NCBI RefSeq assembly: GCF_000025945.1
Contig: NC_006138.1
Coordinates: 2,760,001 to 2,792,000 of the forward strand
Direction: 5' to 3'
DNA from: Desulfotalea psychrophila LSv54
GTDB taxonomy: Bacteria > Desulfobacterota > Desulfobulbia > Desulfobulbales > Desulfocapsaceae
Length of the DNA: 32,000 nt
The notes under the pieces were generated by a model. The model was not told the origin of the DNA. It was given only the letters and a program-made list of their open reading frames with translations, and made no database searches. This document shows, in pieces, positions 20,044-28,038 of the stretch (the first letter of the stretch is position 1; each line of letters opens with the position of its first letter). The position numbers were made by a program, and so were the translations under genes.

Positions 20044-21116
20044 TGTTGGGTCCCTGATGATTTCCTAGACATCCGTAGTGAAAGGTTGTTACAATCATAT
20101 GCATGGATGCAGGATTTTATTAACTTCCTTTCAAAAGGTGATTCTTATGCAAGTTAAGCTACATGCAAATGCAACCACAACGCCCCGAATTCGTAAGTAC
20201 ATACAGGAATCAGATAAACCTGTAAGAACACTTGCAAGAGAGCTTGGTGTAGCCGAGACCACAATACGAATATGGCGTGACCGAGACTCCGTTGAAGATA
20301 GGTCCCATACTGCTCAAAATCTCCAAACGACCCTTTCAAAAGATCAGGAATGGCTTGCTGTAGAGCTTCGTAAAATGCTTTTACTGTCACTCGACGATCT
20401 GCTTGTTGTGGTGCGAAAATTTATCAATGCCAAGGCTTCTCGATCAGGACTTGATCGTTGCTTGCGAAGGCACGGAGTAAGCCGTCTTAAAGATTTAATC
20501 CCGGAGACAGCTCCCAAACCATCGCCAAAACAGTTTAAAGAGTATGATCCTGGCTATGTGCATGTTGATCTGAAATATCTTCCTCAGATGCCAGATGAAG
20601 ATCAACGAAGATACATTTTTGTTGGCATAGACAGAGCGACACGCTGGGTATATCTCCAGATTATGCCAGATAAAACAGCGGCGAGTGCATCTCTTTTTCT
20701 TAGAAATCTTTTGGAAAAAGCTCCCTTTAAAGTGAAAACTATTTTAACTGATAACGGTAAAGAATTTACTGACCGTTTTTGTGCTACTGGGCAAAGAGAA
20801 CCTACAGGTAAACATGTTTTTGACCAAAATTGCACCGTCCACAATATTGAGCATAGACTTATAAAGCCAATGCATCCTCAAACAAACGGAATGGTTGAAC
20901 GTTTCAATGGGCGCATTGCTGCCATTCTGAAAAGAACTACATTCGAGTCAGCACAAGATCTTGAGGATACAATGCACCGATATGAGCTAGTTTATAACCA
21001 GCATATCCCGCAAAAAGCATTGAAGCATTTAACGCCCATGGATAAGCTGAAAGAGTTTCATCAACTCAAACCAAATTTATTCAAGAAGCGACCAACCAAT
21101 CGTCGGGGACCCAACA
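20044..21116 (+). mobile_element. Intact IS481-family insertion sequence, 1073 bp
   Basis: Left TIR TGTTGGGTCCCTGATGATT (20044-20062); right TIR AATCGTCGGGGACCCAACA (21098-21116), 17/19 complementary; flanking 6-bp direct repeat ACTATG at 20038-20043 and 21117-21122; TGT...ACA ends. Confidence 0.93.
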
Positions 21117-21181
21117 ACTATGGCGATTATCAATGTCCGCAACCCGGACCAAAGCCAAAAGGTTTTACTGATTTTTCCTAA
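20147..21181 (+). CDS. IS481-like transposase (rve/DDE integrase core); reads out of the IS into flanking DNA
   Basis: HTH LARELGVAETTIRIWR; DDE core Y(V)HVDLKYLP...FVGIDRATRWVY...LTDNGKEF...HPQTNGMVERFNGRI. ATG 20147 is preferred over the track start 20078; the stop 21179-21181 lies beyond the right TIR. Confidence 0.92.
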   Translation: MQVKLHANATTTPRIRKYIQESDKPVRTLARELGVAETTIRIWRDRDSVEDRSHTAQNLQTTLSKDQEWLAVELRKMLLLSLDDLLVVVRKFINAKASRSGLDRCLRRHGVSRLKDLIPETAPKPSPKQFKEYDPGYVHVDLKYLPQMPDEDQRRYIFVGIDRATRWVYLQIMPDKTAASASLFLRNLLEKAPFKVKTILTDNGKEFTDRFCATGQREPTGKHVFDQNCTVHNIEHRLIKPMHPQTNGMVERFNGRIAAILKRTTFESAQDLEDTMHRYELVYNQHIPQKALKHLTPMDKLKEFHQLKPNLFKKRPTNRRGPNNYGDYQCPQPGPKPKGFTDFS

Positions 21182-21682
21182 AAATACCCCAAGGGAAAAG
21201 ATACATATCAGTGCCACAACTATAGCATTGATAAAAGGTGATGAAGGTAGTGCATGTAACTGTTCTGCAAAAAACAGAGGCAAGAGGATGATCAGAGATA
21301 GCAGCAATGGTGCGAATCCATTAACCAGAGCCACCAATATTGGAAGATACCGGCTTGCCTGTCCGTAATCACTCTCTTTCAGATCAACCAACAAGGCCTG
21401 TTCCAATTCATGTAATTCTTTTTCACGCTCAGCTTTCTCGCTCAAGTAGGCGCTACTGAGGCCGCTTATAAACAGAGCGACTACGGCGCCCAAGCAGGCA
21501 CTAATTGCCACCGACAGTTCTGTCATCCCACTTGCATAGAAACCAGTCACCATGCCCAGAATAGTTAATGAACCATCAAAGCCATTGGTAATCAGATAGC
21601 GCCGTGCAATACTTCTGGCACGGAGGACATGCAATATCAGCTGTTTTTTATTTAAGATCATATGGTGTGACCTACAAAACAA
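21077..21682 (-). CDS. VIT1/CCC1-like membrane transporter, 3' end altered by IS insertion
   Basis: RYLITNGFDGSLTILGMVTGFYASG...LGAVVALFISGLSSAYLSEKAEREKELHELEQALL plus membrane helices. The last codons (from VGSPTIGWSLLE) come from the IS. Confidence 0.8.
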   Translation of the reverse strand: MFCRSHHMILNKKQLILHVLRARSIARRYLITNGFDGSLTILGMVTGFYASGMTELSVAISACLGAVVALFISGLSSAYLSEKAEREKELHELEQALLVDLKESDYGQASRYLPILVALVNGFAPLLLSLIILLPLFFAEQLHALPSSPFINAIVVALICIFSLGVFLGKISKTFWLWSGLRTLIIAIVVGSPTIGWSLLE

Positions 21683-21768
21683 AACTTAATTTGATATGAC
21701 TTAACCAGCAGTATTTAATTTTCACAAATTTCTCGCTCTCAAAGACTATTTGCAAGAAGGTTGAAAAA

Positions 21769-22035
21769 TTATGTTGGCTCCGTCCCGTACACTTCAACTT
21801 CATCAATACTATGGACAGATGCGCCCATTTTTTCGATGGCCGTTTTAATATTCTCAAAATTTATATCAGCGCCTTCAATAGTCACGATTGTGCTTTCGGT
21901 GTTTTTGTCCACCTCTGTAACGGTTAATTTTATACGATAATCTCCCCCTAAATCAGCCAGGGTAGAAGAAAAGTCCAATGCATTTGGTTGATGTGGTTTG
22001 AGTACATCAAGTACGACTCTTCGTGTTTTTGTCAT
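21769..22035 (-). CDS. DUF211 family protein
   Basis: RRVVLDVLKPHQPNALDFSSTLADLGGDYRIKLTVTEVDKNTESTIVTIEGADINFENIKTAIEKMGASVHSIDEV matches the DUF211 pattern. Confidence 0.88.
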   Translation of the reverse strand: MTKTRRVVLDVLKPHQPNALDFSSTLADLGGDYRIKLTVTEVDKNTESTIVTIEGADINFENIKTAIEKMGASVHSIDEVEVYGTEPT

Positions 22036-22127
22036 GAGTAATTCTCAAAAGGTATTAATCTATTAATTTTTACGTCGTGTTAACATCTCTCAACTTACAT
22101 ATTTTGTAGTTTGCACCCAATATCTTT

Positions 22128-22718
22128 GGTCGTGATGCCAATCTGTTGTTGAAAGAACATCCCTCTTGATGAAAGTGGATTGACTTTATCATATAGACCT
22201 GAGTTACTGGAACAATCCCCATTGTTATACGACTGAGCCCTTCCCCATTTTGGCATCATGCCCACACTACATAACCCAAATCCCCTCCAACCTTACCAGG
22301 AGGGGGAGCACACTGTTAGCATAAGCTAACTAAAAAACACGCCAGCCCCAATAGCCTTTTCCAGTTTATCATTCTGGCCAAGAGATCCGCAATATTATGT
22401 GAGCATCTTCGTGCCCTTTGTCACAAAGGGCATTATCACCCTGACACGGAATGACTTCAAGTGATCGACAATCATCTAAAATCACAGTTTAAAACATCAG
22501 GCCGGCAAGCTTCAGCACCCAAGTTCCGCACCCCGCCGCCTCAGTAACCTCTTGCCGACTCAACAACCAGCAAGCGGATAGTTTTTTTTGAGCCCCATGG
22601 CTACAGTAAAAGTAGTGTCGGTTTTGTGGTAGCATTAATGCTAAGGCGGCACGGAAAGGATTGAGTTACATCGCACAAGACGATATTTCGCCAAAACAAC
22701 AAATTGGTATCACGAGCC
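22128..22718. repeat. Candidate repeat element E3 bounded by inverted GGTCGTGATGCCAA ends; contains an inverted fragment of the E1/E2 interior
   Basis: Left GGTCGTGATGCCAATCTGTTGTT; right AACAACAAATTGGTATCACGAGCC. 22598-22655 (GGCTACAGTAAAAGTAGTGTCGGTTTTGTGGTAGCATTAATGCTAAGGCGGCACGG) is the reverse complement of an internal segment of E1/E2. Confidence 0.5.
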
Positions 22719-23359
22719 TCGATCGAGTTTCCCGGGTTTGATGGTAGTCACCGGATCGTGGCTTGCCAGCCACCCTGGCCAAAAGGGGAAGCGTTCCCCC
22801 CTTTGAACCCCATGCCGCCCCGGCCCAGTTGCCAATCCTCACTCTCGTTTCAGCTGCCGCTAAGGTTGCGAACGGACTCCTGGGCGCCACTGGCAGTTCC
22901 TCCTGACCTACCCACGCGCCAGCTTCACTCCGTTCGGGCAACTGAGAGGGGGGAGGGGCCACCTCTGTTCTCCATAGCTAATGGTTATTTCCGTGCTTCC
23001 TGTCCAGATCGGCTTCTGGTGGCAATCCCCATTGGCATAGCCGCTCCCTGGCATCCATGCCACCGCAGCTTACCACCCTTGTCCTATTTCAGGCTCATGG
23101 CCTGCAAGACAATGGCCTAAATGCGGGGCCTGTTTCATCAAGAGCCCTTGAGGACAGAGAGATAGATGAATCATCTCTGCACAACTTATTTTTCGCATAT
23201 CATGTGCGACTCTAGTAGCTTATTTCTTGTACTTAACACTCTTTTGCGGTATCACCTTGGTTAGAGATTTTATGGAGGGCGAAGGAGTCCGTCTGTCTAT
23301 CACGCAAAATTGTGCTACGAGTCTATACCTTGGTAGGGATCAAAGGAGATATTGTGCCC

Positions 23360-24224
23360 AACGGGAACTCAATATTAATTTAGGCAACTTGGCTAAGCCT
23401 GCCCCGTACTTATTGAAAAAGTATCGAATGCGGTTGGTGTTCTGTATGAGCCAAGGCGGATCATAAAACGGGCCGAAGCTGAAGCAGAAGCTGGAAAAAT
23501 TAAAGCTTTAGCCGGCATTGATCTAAATGAAATCGAGCAAAGAGGTATTGAGCGACTCGTTCATCAAGAAGCTAGAAAGCAGGAGAATATCGAAAATATT
23601 ACAGCAAAAGCTGCGTATTCGATCCCCCCAGGGGCCAAAACGGAAGATCTTGAAGAAGACTGGGTGGCACACTTCTTTGACAAGTGCGACAAGGTCTCTG
23701 ACAAACAGATGCAATCTTTATGGTCGAGCCTTCTTGCCGGTGAAGCTACGAGGCCAGGTACGTACTCTAAGAGAACCGTAGATTTTGTAGCATCTATGGA
23801 TAAGAAGGATGCCGACTTATTTACAAACTTTTGTCAGTTCACATGGATGATTGGTGACGCCACACCACTGGTGTTTGATACGGATAACGAAATTTATACT
23901 AAGCACGGCATAAACTTTACCTCCATTAAACATTTAGATTCGATAGGCCTAATTTCCTTTGAGTCGGTCTCTGGCTATCGAAAAATGGGCCTACCTAAAC
24001 AAGCTGCAATTTTTTACTATGGCCAGCCCACCATTGCTGAGTTTCCGAACGATAAAGACAACGAGATAAAAACAGGTAAAGTATTGTTCACTCAGGCTGG
24101 GCAGCAGCTTGTAAGTATATGTGGCGCACAGCGAAACCAAGAGTTTTATGAGTATGCAATCGAGCAAATATCCAAACAAAAAATTACTCTGTCAAGTTTG
24201 ATACCTAACAAGCGCGTCAACTAG
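23360..24224 (+). CDS. DUF2806-like protein with -1 frameshift near 23400
   Basis: INLGNLAKPA in one frame continues as PVLIEKVSNAVGVLYEPRRIIKRAEAEAEAGKIKALAGIDLNEIEQRGIERLVHQEARKQENI... to the end of track ORF 23664..24224. Start codon uncertain. Confidence 0.65.
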
Positions 24225-24263
24225 GGCGCTCGTAATCCCGCGCCTATTACGCGGTCGTTAGCC
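24203..24263 (+). other. attC-like integron recombination site 1 (61 bp)
   Basis: R'' ACCTAAC (RYYYAAC) and R' GTTAGCC; imperfect palindrome CTAAC..CGCGT..TA..GGCGC / GCGCC..TA..ACGCG..GTTAG; the DUF2806 stop (24224) lies inside it. Confidence 0.65.
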
Positions 24264-24276
24264 AATTATATGTATA

Positions 24277-24764
24277 GTGGGAATTATGGGTAGAAAACAA
24301 TCAAATGGTAGCGTATCAAAAGAATTAATGCTTCGTAGCAAGATTACAGGGCGTTGGATTAAGCGGTCTGATGAAGAAATTGCTTTGAGTGAAAACTCAA
24401 TTCCAAAGACTTTAGTTCAAATCCAACAGAACAATATTTACTATACTGATACAAATTTAATCATTAGTAATTTTGTCAAAATTAGATATGAAGAAAAATA
24501 AAAGTATTAGAAACGAAATACAACACTATAATTGACAGTATTGATAATTATCGAGCTTACTCTTCTGGCATTGAGATAGTTTTTAACAATTGCCAGCAAA
24601 ATGCTAGTCACTTTGACAATAATTTAAGAGGCATTGTCGATGAGTTTGATGTTACGTGTGAAAAAAAAGAGTTAAATGAAGATTTAATTAGTCTTTCTAA
24701 AGCGTACGTTAAAGTGTTGTTTGTACTCTGCCTTCTCTTTACACAAGGAGAAGGTCAAGAATGA
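24277..24764 (+). CDS. Hypothetical protein, about 162 aa, interrupted by an apparent A6-to-A5 frameshift near 24494
   Basis: Track ORF ends ...NFVKIRYEEK*; the -1 frame continues IKVLETKYNTIIDSIDNYRAYSSGIEIVFNNCQQNASHFDNNLRGIVDEFDVTCEKKELNEDLISLSKAYVKVLFVLCLLFTQGEGQE* and is open with no ATG of its own. Confidence 0.5.
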
Positions 24765-24876
24765 TACGGTTATATATGGCAAGATAACTTCTTTTAAAGA
24801 GTACATCTAGGGCTTATTAGAGAGGATACTGATCCCTAAAACCAGTTGGAATAATAACCTTAACTATAAACATTCA

Positions 24877-25200
24877 ATGTACTCCATGTTCATCTATAAC
24901 GATGAATTTAATATTAAATATATTGATGCCCTTGTAGTATATGATAGAAGGTTTGATTCTTCACTTGAACTAATTAGAATATTCAACAAAAACGCCCTCA
25001 TCATCGACACTTACTCCAATTTTGAAATTAGTGGTAGCTTTAAAGAATATCATATTGAGAGTAAGCCAGTGAAGTTAGTAAGCTCGCTAGTTAAGCTATT
25101 ATCTGATATAGATAGATTATTAAACATTAGGCAGGAAATTAATGATATTGACCAAGACATAGTTTTTGAAAAGTTCGAACAGCAAGTTAAAAATGGCTAA
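24877..25200 (+). CDS. Hypothetical protein, 107 aa
   Basis: Coherent ORF whose TAA stop overlaps the R'' box of attC-like site 2. Confidence 0.5.
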   Translation: MYSMFIYNDEFNIKYIDALVVYDRRFDSSLELIRIFNKNALIIDTYSNFEISGSFKEYHIESKPVKLVSSLVKLLSDIDRLLNIRQEINDIDQDIVFEKFEQQVKNG

Positions 25201-25321
25201 CAAATTATTCAAGCTGATTCAAAACGCGTGGCATTCGTGGTTTGAATCCACTTTTGTGTTTACGGTGGTCAATTCAAGTTAAATGGTAGTGCGCTTCTTG
25301 CCACCTAACAGGGTGTTACCC
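25195..25321 (+). other. attC-like integron recombination site 2 (127 bp), VCR-like
   Basis: GGCTAACAAATTATTCAAGCTGATTCAAAACGCGTGGCATTCGTGG...TTGCCACCTAACAGGGTGTTACCC; shares the TAACAAA, TCAAG, AACGCGTGGC and GCC.CCTTAG.CGGG.GTTA-type layout and about 125-bp length of Vibrio cholerae repeats. Confidence 0.8.
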
Positions 25322-25652
25322 CTCCCCAGAACCAGCAACGATCTCCCCGCCGCGCCTCAATAAGCAGGCATTGACTTCCGGCCCCCGCACCTCAACTGCG
25401 GGGACGCCACGGCTTGCGAGGCCTGGCTGACAGCTGACGGCTATCCTTTGCACTGCCCCCTCCCATATTGGGGGCAATCCCCATTGTCACCAAGCTGAGT
25501 AGCGAAAAAGTGGTCGATCGAACTCAGCAGGAGTTCCTCACTGATATAAAGGCTGCACTTATTGCCTGAATCTATCGCAAATCGTAAATGTTAACAATAA
25601 ATTACAAAAAAACATCCGCCTCACATCTCAAGTCGATCTATAAGTTCTCAAC

Positions 25653-26945
25653 CTATCTTTCCTGGGACAATCGTTTAACTGCATTCTGGGCAGACCTTCT
25701 AACATCTGCATCGCTGTCAGCTAGAAGAGGAGAAATAATTGCTAACGCACCTGAAGCTTCTTCGCCAAAATAAGCTAATGTGTCTAATGTACCACTACGC
25801 ACTTCCCATGATCTTGATTTTAAAACTTTCCCAAAATATTTAATATATTTATCATCAAAACTTTCCAATTTCACAGCTCTTTTTGCTGATCTTCTGACAT
25901 CAGGATCACTGTCCCCTAAAGCTAAAACTAGCTGAGGGTAGGCATAAACAATAGCCTCATTGCCATATGATATAAATTGATCGATTGATTCCTTTCGAAT
26001 TTTCCATGAATCATGGCTCAAATTCAGTATCAATTGATCTAAAATAATATGTGACAAGCCATTAGCAAGCTTATGTTTTTTACTATCAACAGGCTCACGA
26101 CTACTTCGTCTGGCTTTTGCTATGCCTTGAGAATTTTGACTATATGATGGTTTCTTTGCCTTGCTACTAATATTAGAAAAAGAGAAATCTCCATCAATTG
26201 AGGCCTCATACCAAGGTGATTGCTTACCATTAGTTTGTTTTTTTACCTTCTCTCTTACCTTTTTGAACATCAACTCAACAGGCAAATTTGGATACTTCAT
26301 CAATTCTATCAGGCTACCTGTATATGGACTATTTCTTCCGACACCATCCAAAGCTACCTTACCAGGTGCAGTCGAGTAAGCGATTAAACACCCGTCCGCA
26401 TCAGATACTCTACTCAAGCCATCCCCCATATCTCTTGCAAAAGATTGGAAGGGATTGTTTCTACAAGCATCAAGAATCACAATATTCAGACCATTATTTG
26501 CGTGTTTCATGACGCCTAAAACATATCCTACATCCACAGTTTTATATTTTAAATGATCTGGAGAGGAAATTTTTGGCATTGCCCCAATAGGTATTAAGTA
26601 ATTTCTACCTTCATACTGCACACCATGACCAGAAAAATAAAATAAGCCAACGGTGTCTCCTCTGATCTTTTTTCCAAATTTACGAACAGACTCTTCAAAA
26701 CCCTCCTGATCTGCATTTACTTTGATGATAGTTTCAAACCCTAAGGCTGAGAGAGTTCTAGAAAAATCTTTTGCATCATTAACAGGGTTTTTTAATGATC
26801 GTATCCGATAGTCACTGTTTCCAATAATCAAGGCGATTCTTTTTTGTGCAACAGCTTCATCAGGGTGGGCTGAATTAAAAAATATAACTGAAAATATAGT
26901 TATATATAATAATTTTCTCATTCTAATATTTCTTCTATCATTCAT
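25653..26945 (-). CDS. Secreted caspase-family (peptidase C14) protein with C-terminal HEAT repeats
   Basis: Signal-like N-terminus; RIALIIGNSDYRIRSLKNPVNDAKDFSRTL; YFSGHGVQY (catalytic His); NIVILDACRNNPF (catalytic Cys); HEAT units HDSWKIRKESI, LGDSDPDVRRSAKRAV, SRSWEVRSGTLDTL, LADSDADVRRSAQNAV. Confidence 0.92.
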   Translation of the reverse strand: MNDRRNIRMRKLLYITIFSVIFFNSAHPDEAVAQKRIALIIGNSDYRIRSLKNPVNDAKDFSRTLSALGFETIIKVNADQEGFEESVRKFGKKIRGDTVGLFYFSGHGVQYEGRNYLIPIGAMPKISSPDHLKYKTVDVGYVLGVMKHANNGLNIVILDACRNNPFQSFARDMGDGLSRVSDADGCLIAYSTAPGKVALDGVGRNSPYTGSLIELMKYPNLPVELMFKKVREKVKKQTNGKQSPWYEASIDGDFSFSNISSKAKKPSYSQNSQGIAKARRSSREPVDSKKHKLANGLSHIILDQLILNLSHDSWKIRKESIDQFISYGNEAIVYAYPQLVLALGDSDPDVRRSAKRAVKLESFDDKYIKYFGKVLKSRSWEVRSGTLDTLAYFGEEASGALAIISPLLADSDADVRRSAQNAVKRLSQER

Positions 26946-26978
26946 ATGGCGATTATTATAATTTTTGGGTCAAAACCT

Positions 26979-27200
26979 AACAGGTTATTATCCGGTTTCC
27001 TGATATCATCCCAAAGCACAATTTGACAAGGATTTCCCAGCCATATTACCTAAGTTTCAGCTTGCCACTTTTGGGCCAGGAGATTTGCAATGTGTTTGAG
27101 CATCCCCCCTCTAACAAGACAGATCAAGACCCTAACAGCAGATCCCCTTCAAGGAAGGGGCAAGCATCTAACATCACAAATTAAAACACCGGGCCTACAA
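26979..27200. repeat. Dispersed repeat copy A
   Basis: GTTATTATCCGGTTTCCTGATATCA...AAGTTTCAGC...TTGGGCCAGGAGATTTGCAATGTGTTTGAGCATC...CTAACAGCAGATCCCCTTCAAG; matches copy B. Confidence 0.75.
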
Positions 27201-27240
27201 ACTTCAACAGTCATGAGGATAGCGCGGCCTTGTTATGCGT

Positions 27241-27621
27241 TTAATTTCTTCCCTCAACAACGTGACAGCCTCTATACATAAATTGCCATTCTTGATTTTG
27301 ATGGCGTCTTTGCACAAATGCTTCATTCCCTTTTTCCCACCACTCCAGTGACTCATTTGAGTATCGTTCACCAGATCCTGATGGCACACCTACTAAGGTG
27401 ATTTCTGGCTCATTTGGCAACTTCAACTTCACAAAATTAAGACTATAATCAGAAAGAGAATAATATTTCACTTGAACCCGTACATTATTTTCACACTGAT
27501 ACTCCTGTACCTCTCCTCTTAACACATTCAATTCGTCATTTTTGAAAGTTGATTTTGAACAGCCAACCAAAATAAAAGCCACACTAAGCAGTAATACCAT
27601 CAGTCCTATTTTCTTTGTCAA
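27241..27621 (-). CDS. Hypothetical lipoprotein
   Basis: MTKKIGLMVLLLSVAFILVGCSKS lipobox; TTG start preceded by AAGGAG. Confidence 0.75.
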   Translation of the reverse strand: MTKKIGLMVLLLSVAFILVGCSKSTFKNDELNVLRGEVQEYQCENNVRVQVKYYSLSDYSLNFVKLKLPNEPEITLVGVPSGSGERYSNESLEWWEKGNEAFVQRRHQNQEWQFMYRGCHVVEGRN

Positions 27622-27636
27622 TTACTATCTCCTTGC

Positions 27637-27790
27637 ATAACACGTTACTATCCGATTTTCTGATATCAACCAAGTTTCAGCCTGTCTCATTTGGGCCAGG
27701 GGATTTGCAATGTGTTTGCGCATCTCTCCTCTAACAATAAATATCTGTACACTAACAGCAGAGCCCCTTCAAGAAAAAAAGCAATCAGCT
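27637..27790. repeat. Dispersed repeat copy B
   Basis: CGTTACTATCCGATTTTCTGATATCAACCAAGTTTCAGCCTGTCTCATTTGGGCCAGGGGATTTGCAATGTGTTTGCGCATC...CTAACAGCAGAGCCCCTTCAAG. Confidence 0.75.
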
Positions 27791-28038
27791 AAAACCACAA
27801 CTCAAGCCTGCAAATTTCAGCGTTCAAGTGCCATCTCCCTTTTTACTGTTAAAGATTCAACAAGAGGAGAGCATCCCAATAGCAGGGGAGGATGGCCTTT
27901 TGGGCGGGATAGAGCGGCCAGCCTCTGGATGGTGGCAAGAAAAAGAGACCTACTCCTGCCGCTGATCCAGAAAAGCCCCTTTTACAGATAAAAACAGGCT
28001 ATAATATGAACTAGTTTAAAGTGACCGTCTGCAAAGGT

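Noticed and set aside
21120-21368. ORF 21120..21368 (+)
   Set aside because: Antisense to the conserved membrane protein gene; no independent support.
22313-22332. GTTAGCATAAGCTAAC short palindrome as a third attC site
   Set aside because: Too short, with no L'/L'' boxes or long arms; only the R-like core is present.
22666-23120. Overlapping ORFs 22666..22962 (-) and 22704..23120 (+)
   Set aside because: They lie antisense to each other in a GC-rich repeat-like island, have low-complexity Pro/Arg/Ser composition and no recognisable domain; likely non-coding.
23231-23266. ACTTAAC...GTTAGAG as the attC site upstream of DUF2806
   Set aside because: Only 36 bp with weak pairing of the interior; it may be a decayed junction but is not a convincing attC.
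23227-23466. Track ORF 23227..23466 as an independent 79-aa gene
   Set aside because: Only its INLGNLAKPA portion makes sense, as the start of the frameshifted DUF2806 gene; the tail is a misread frame.
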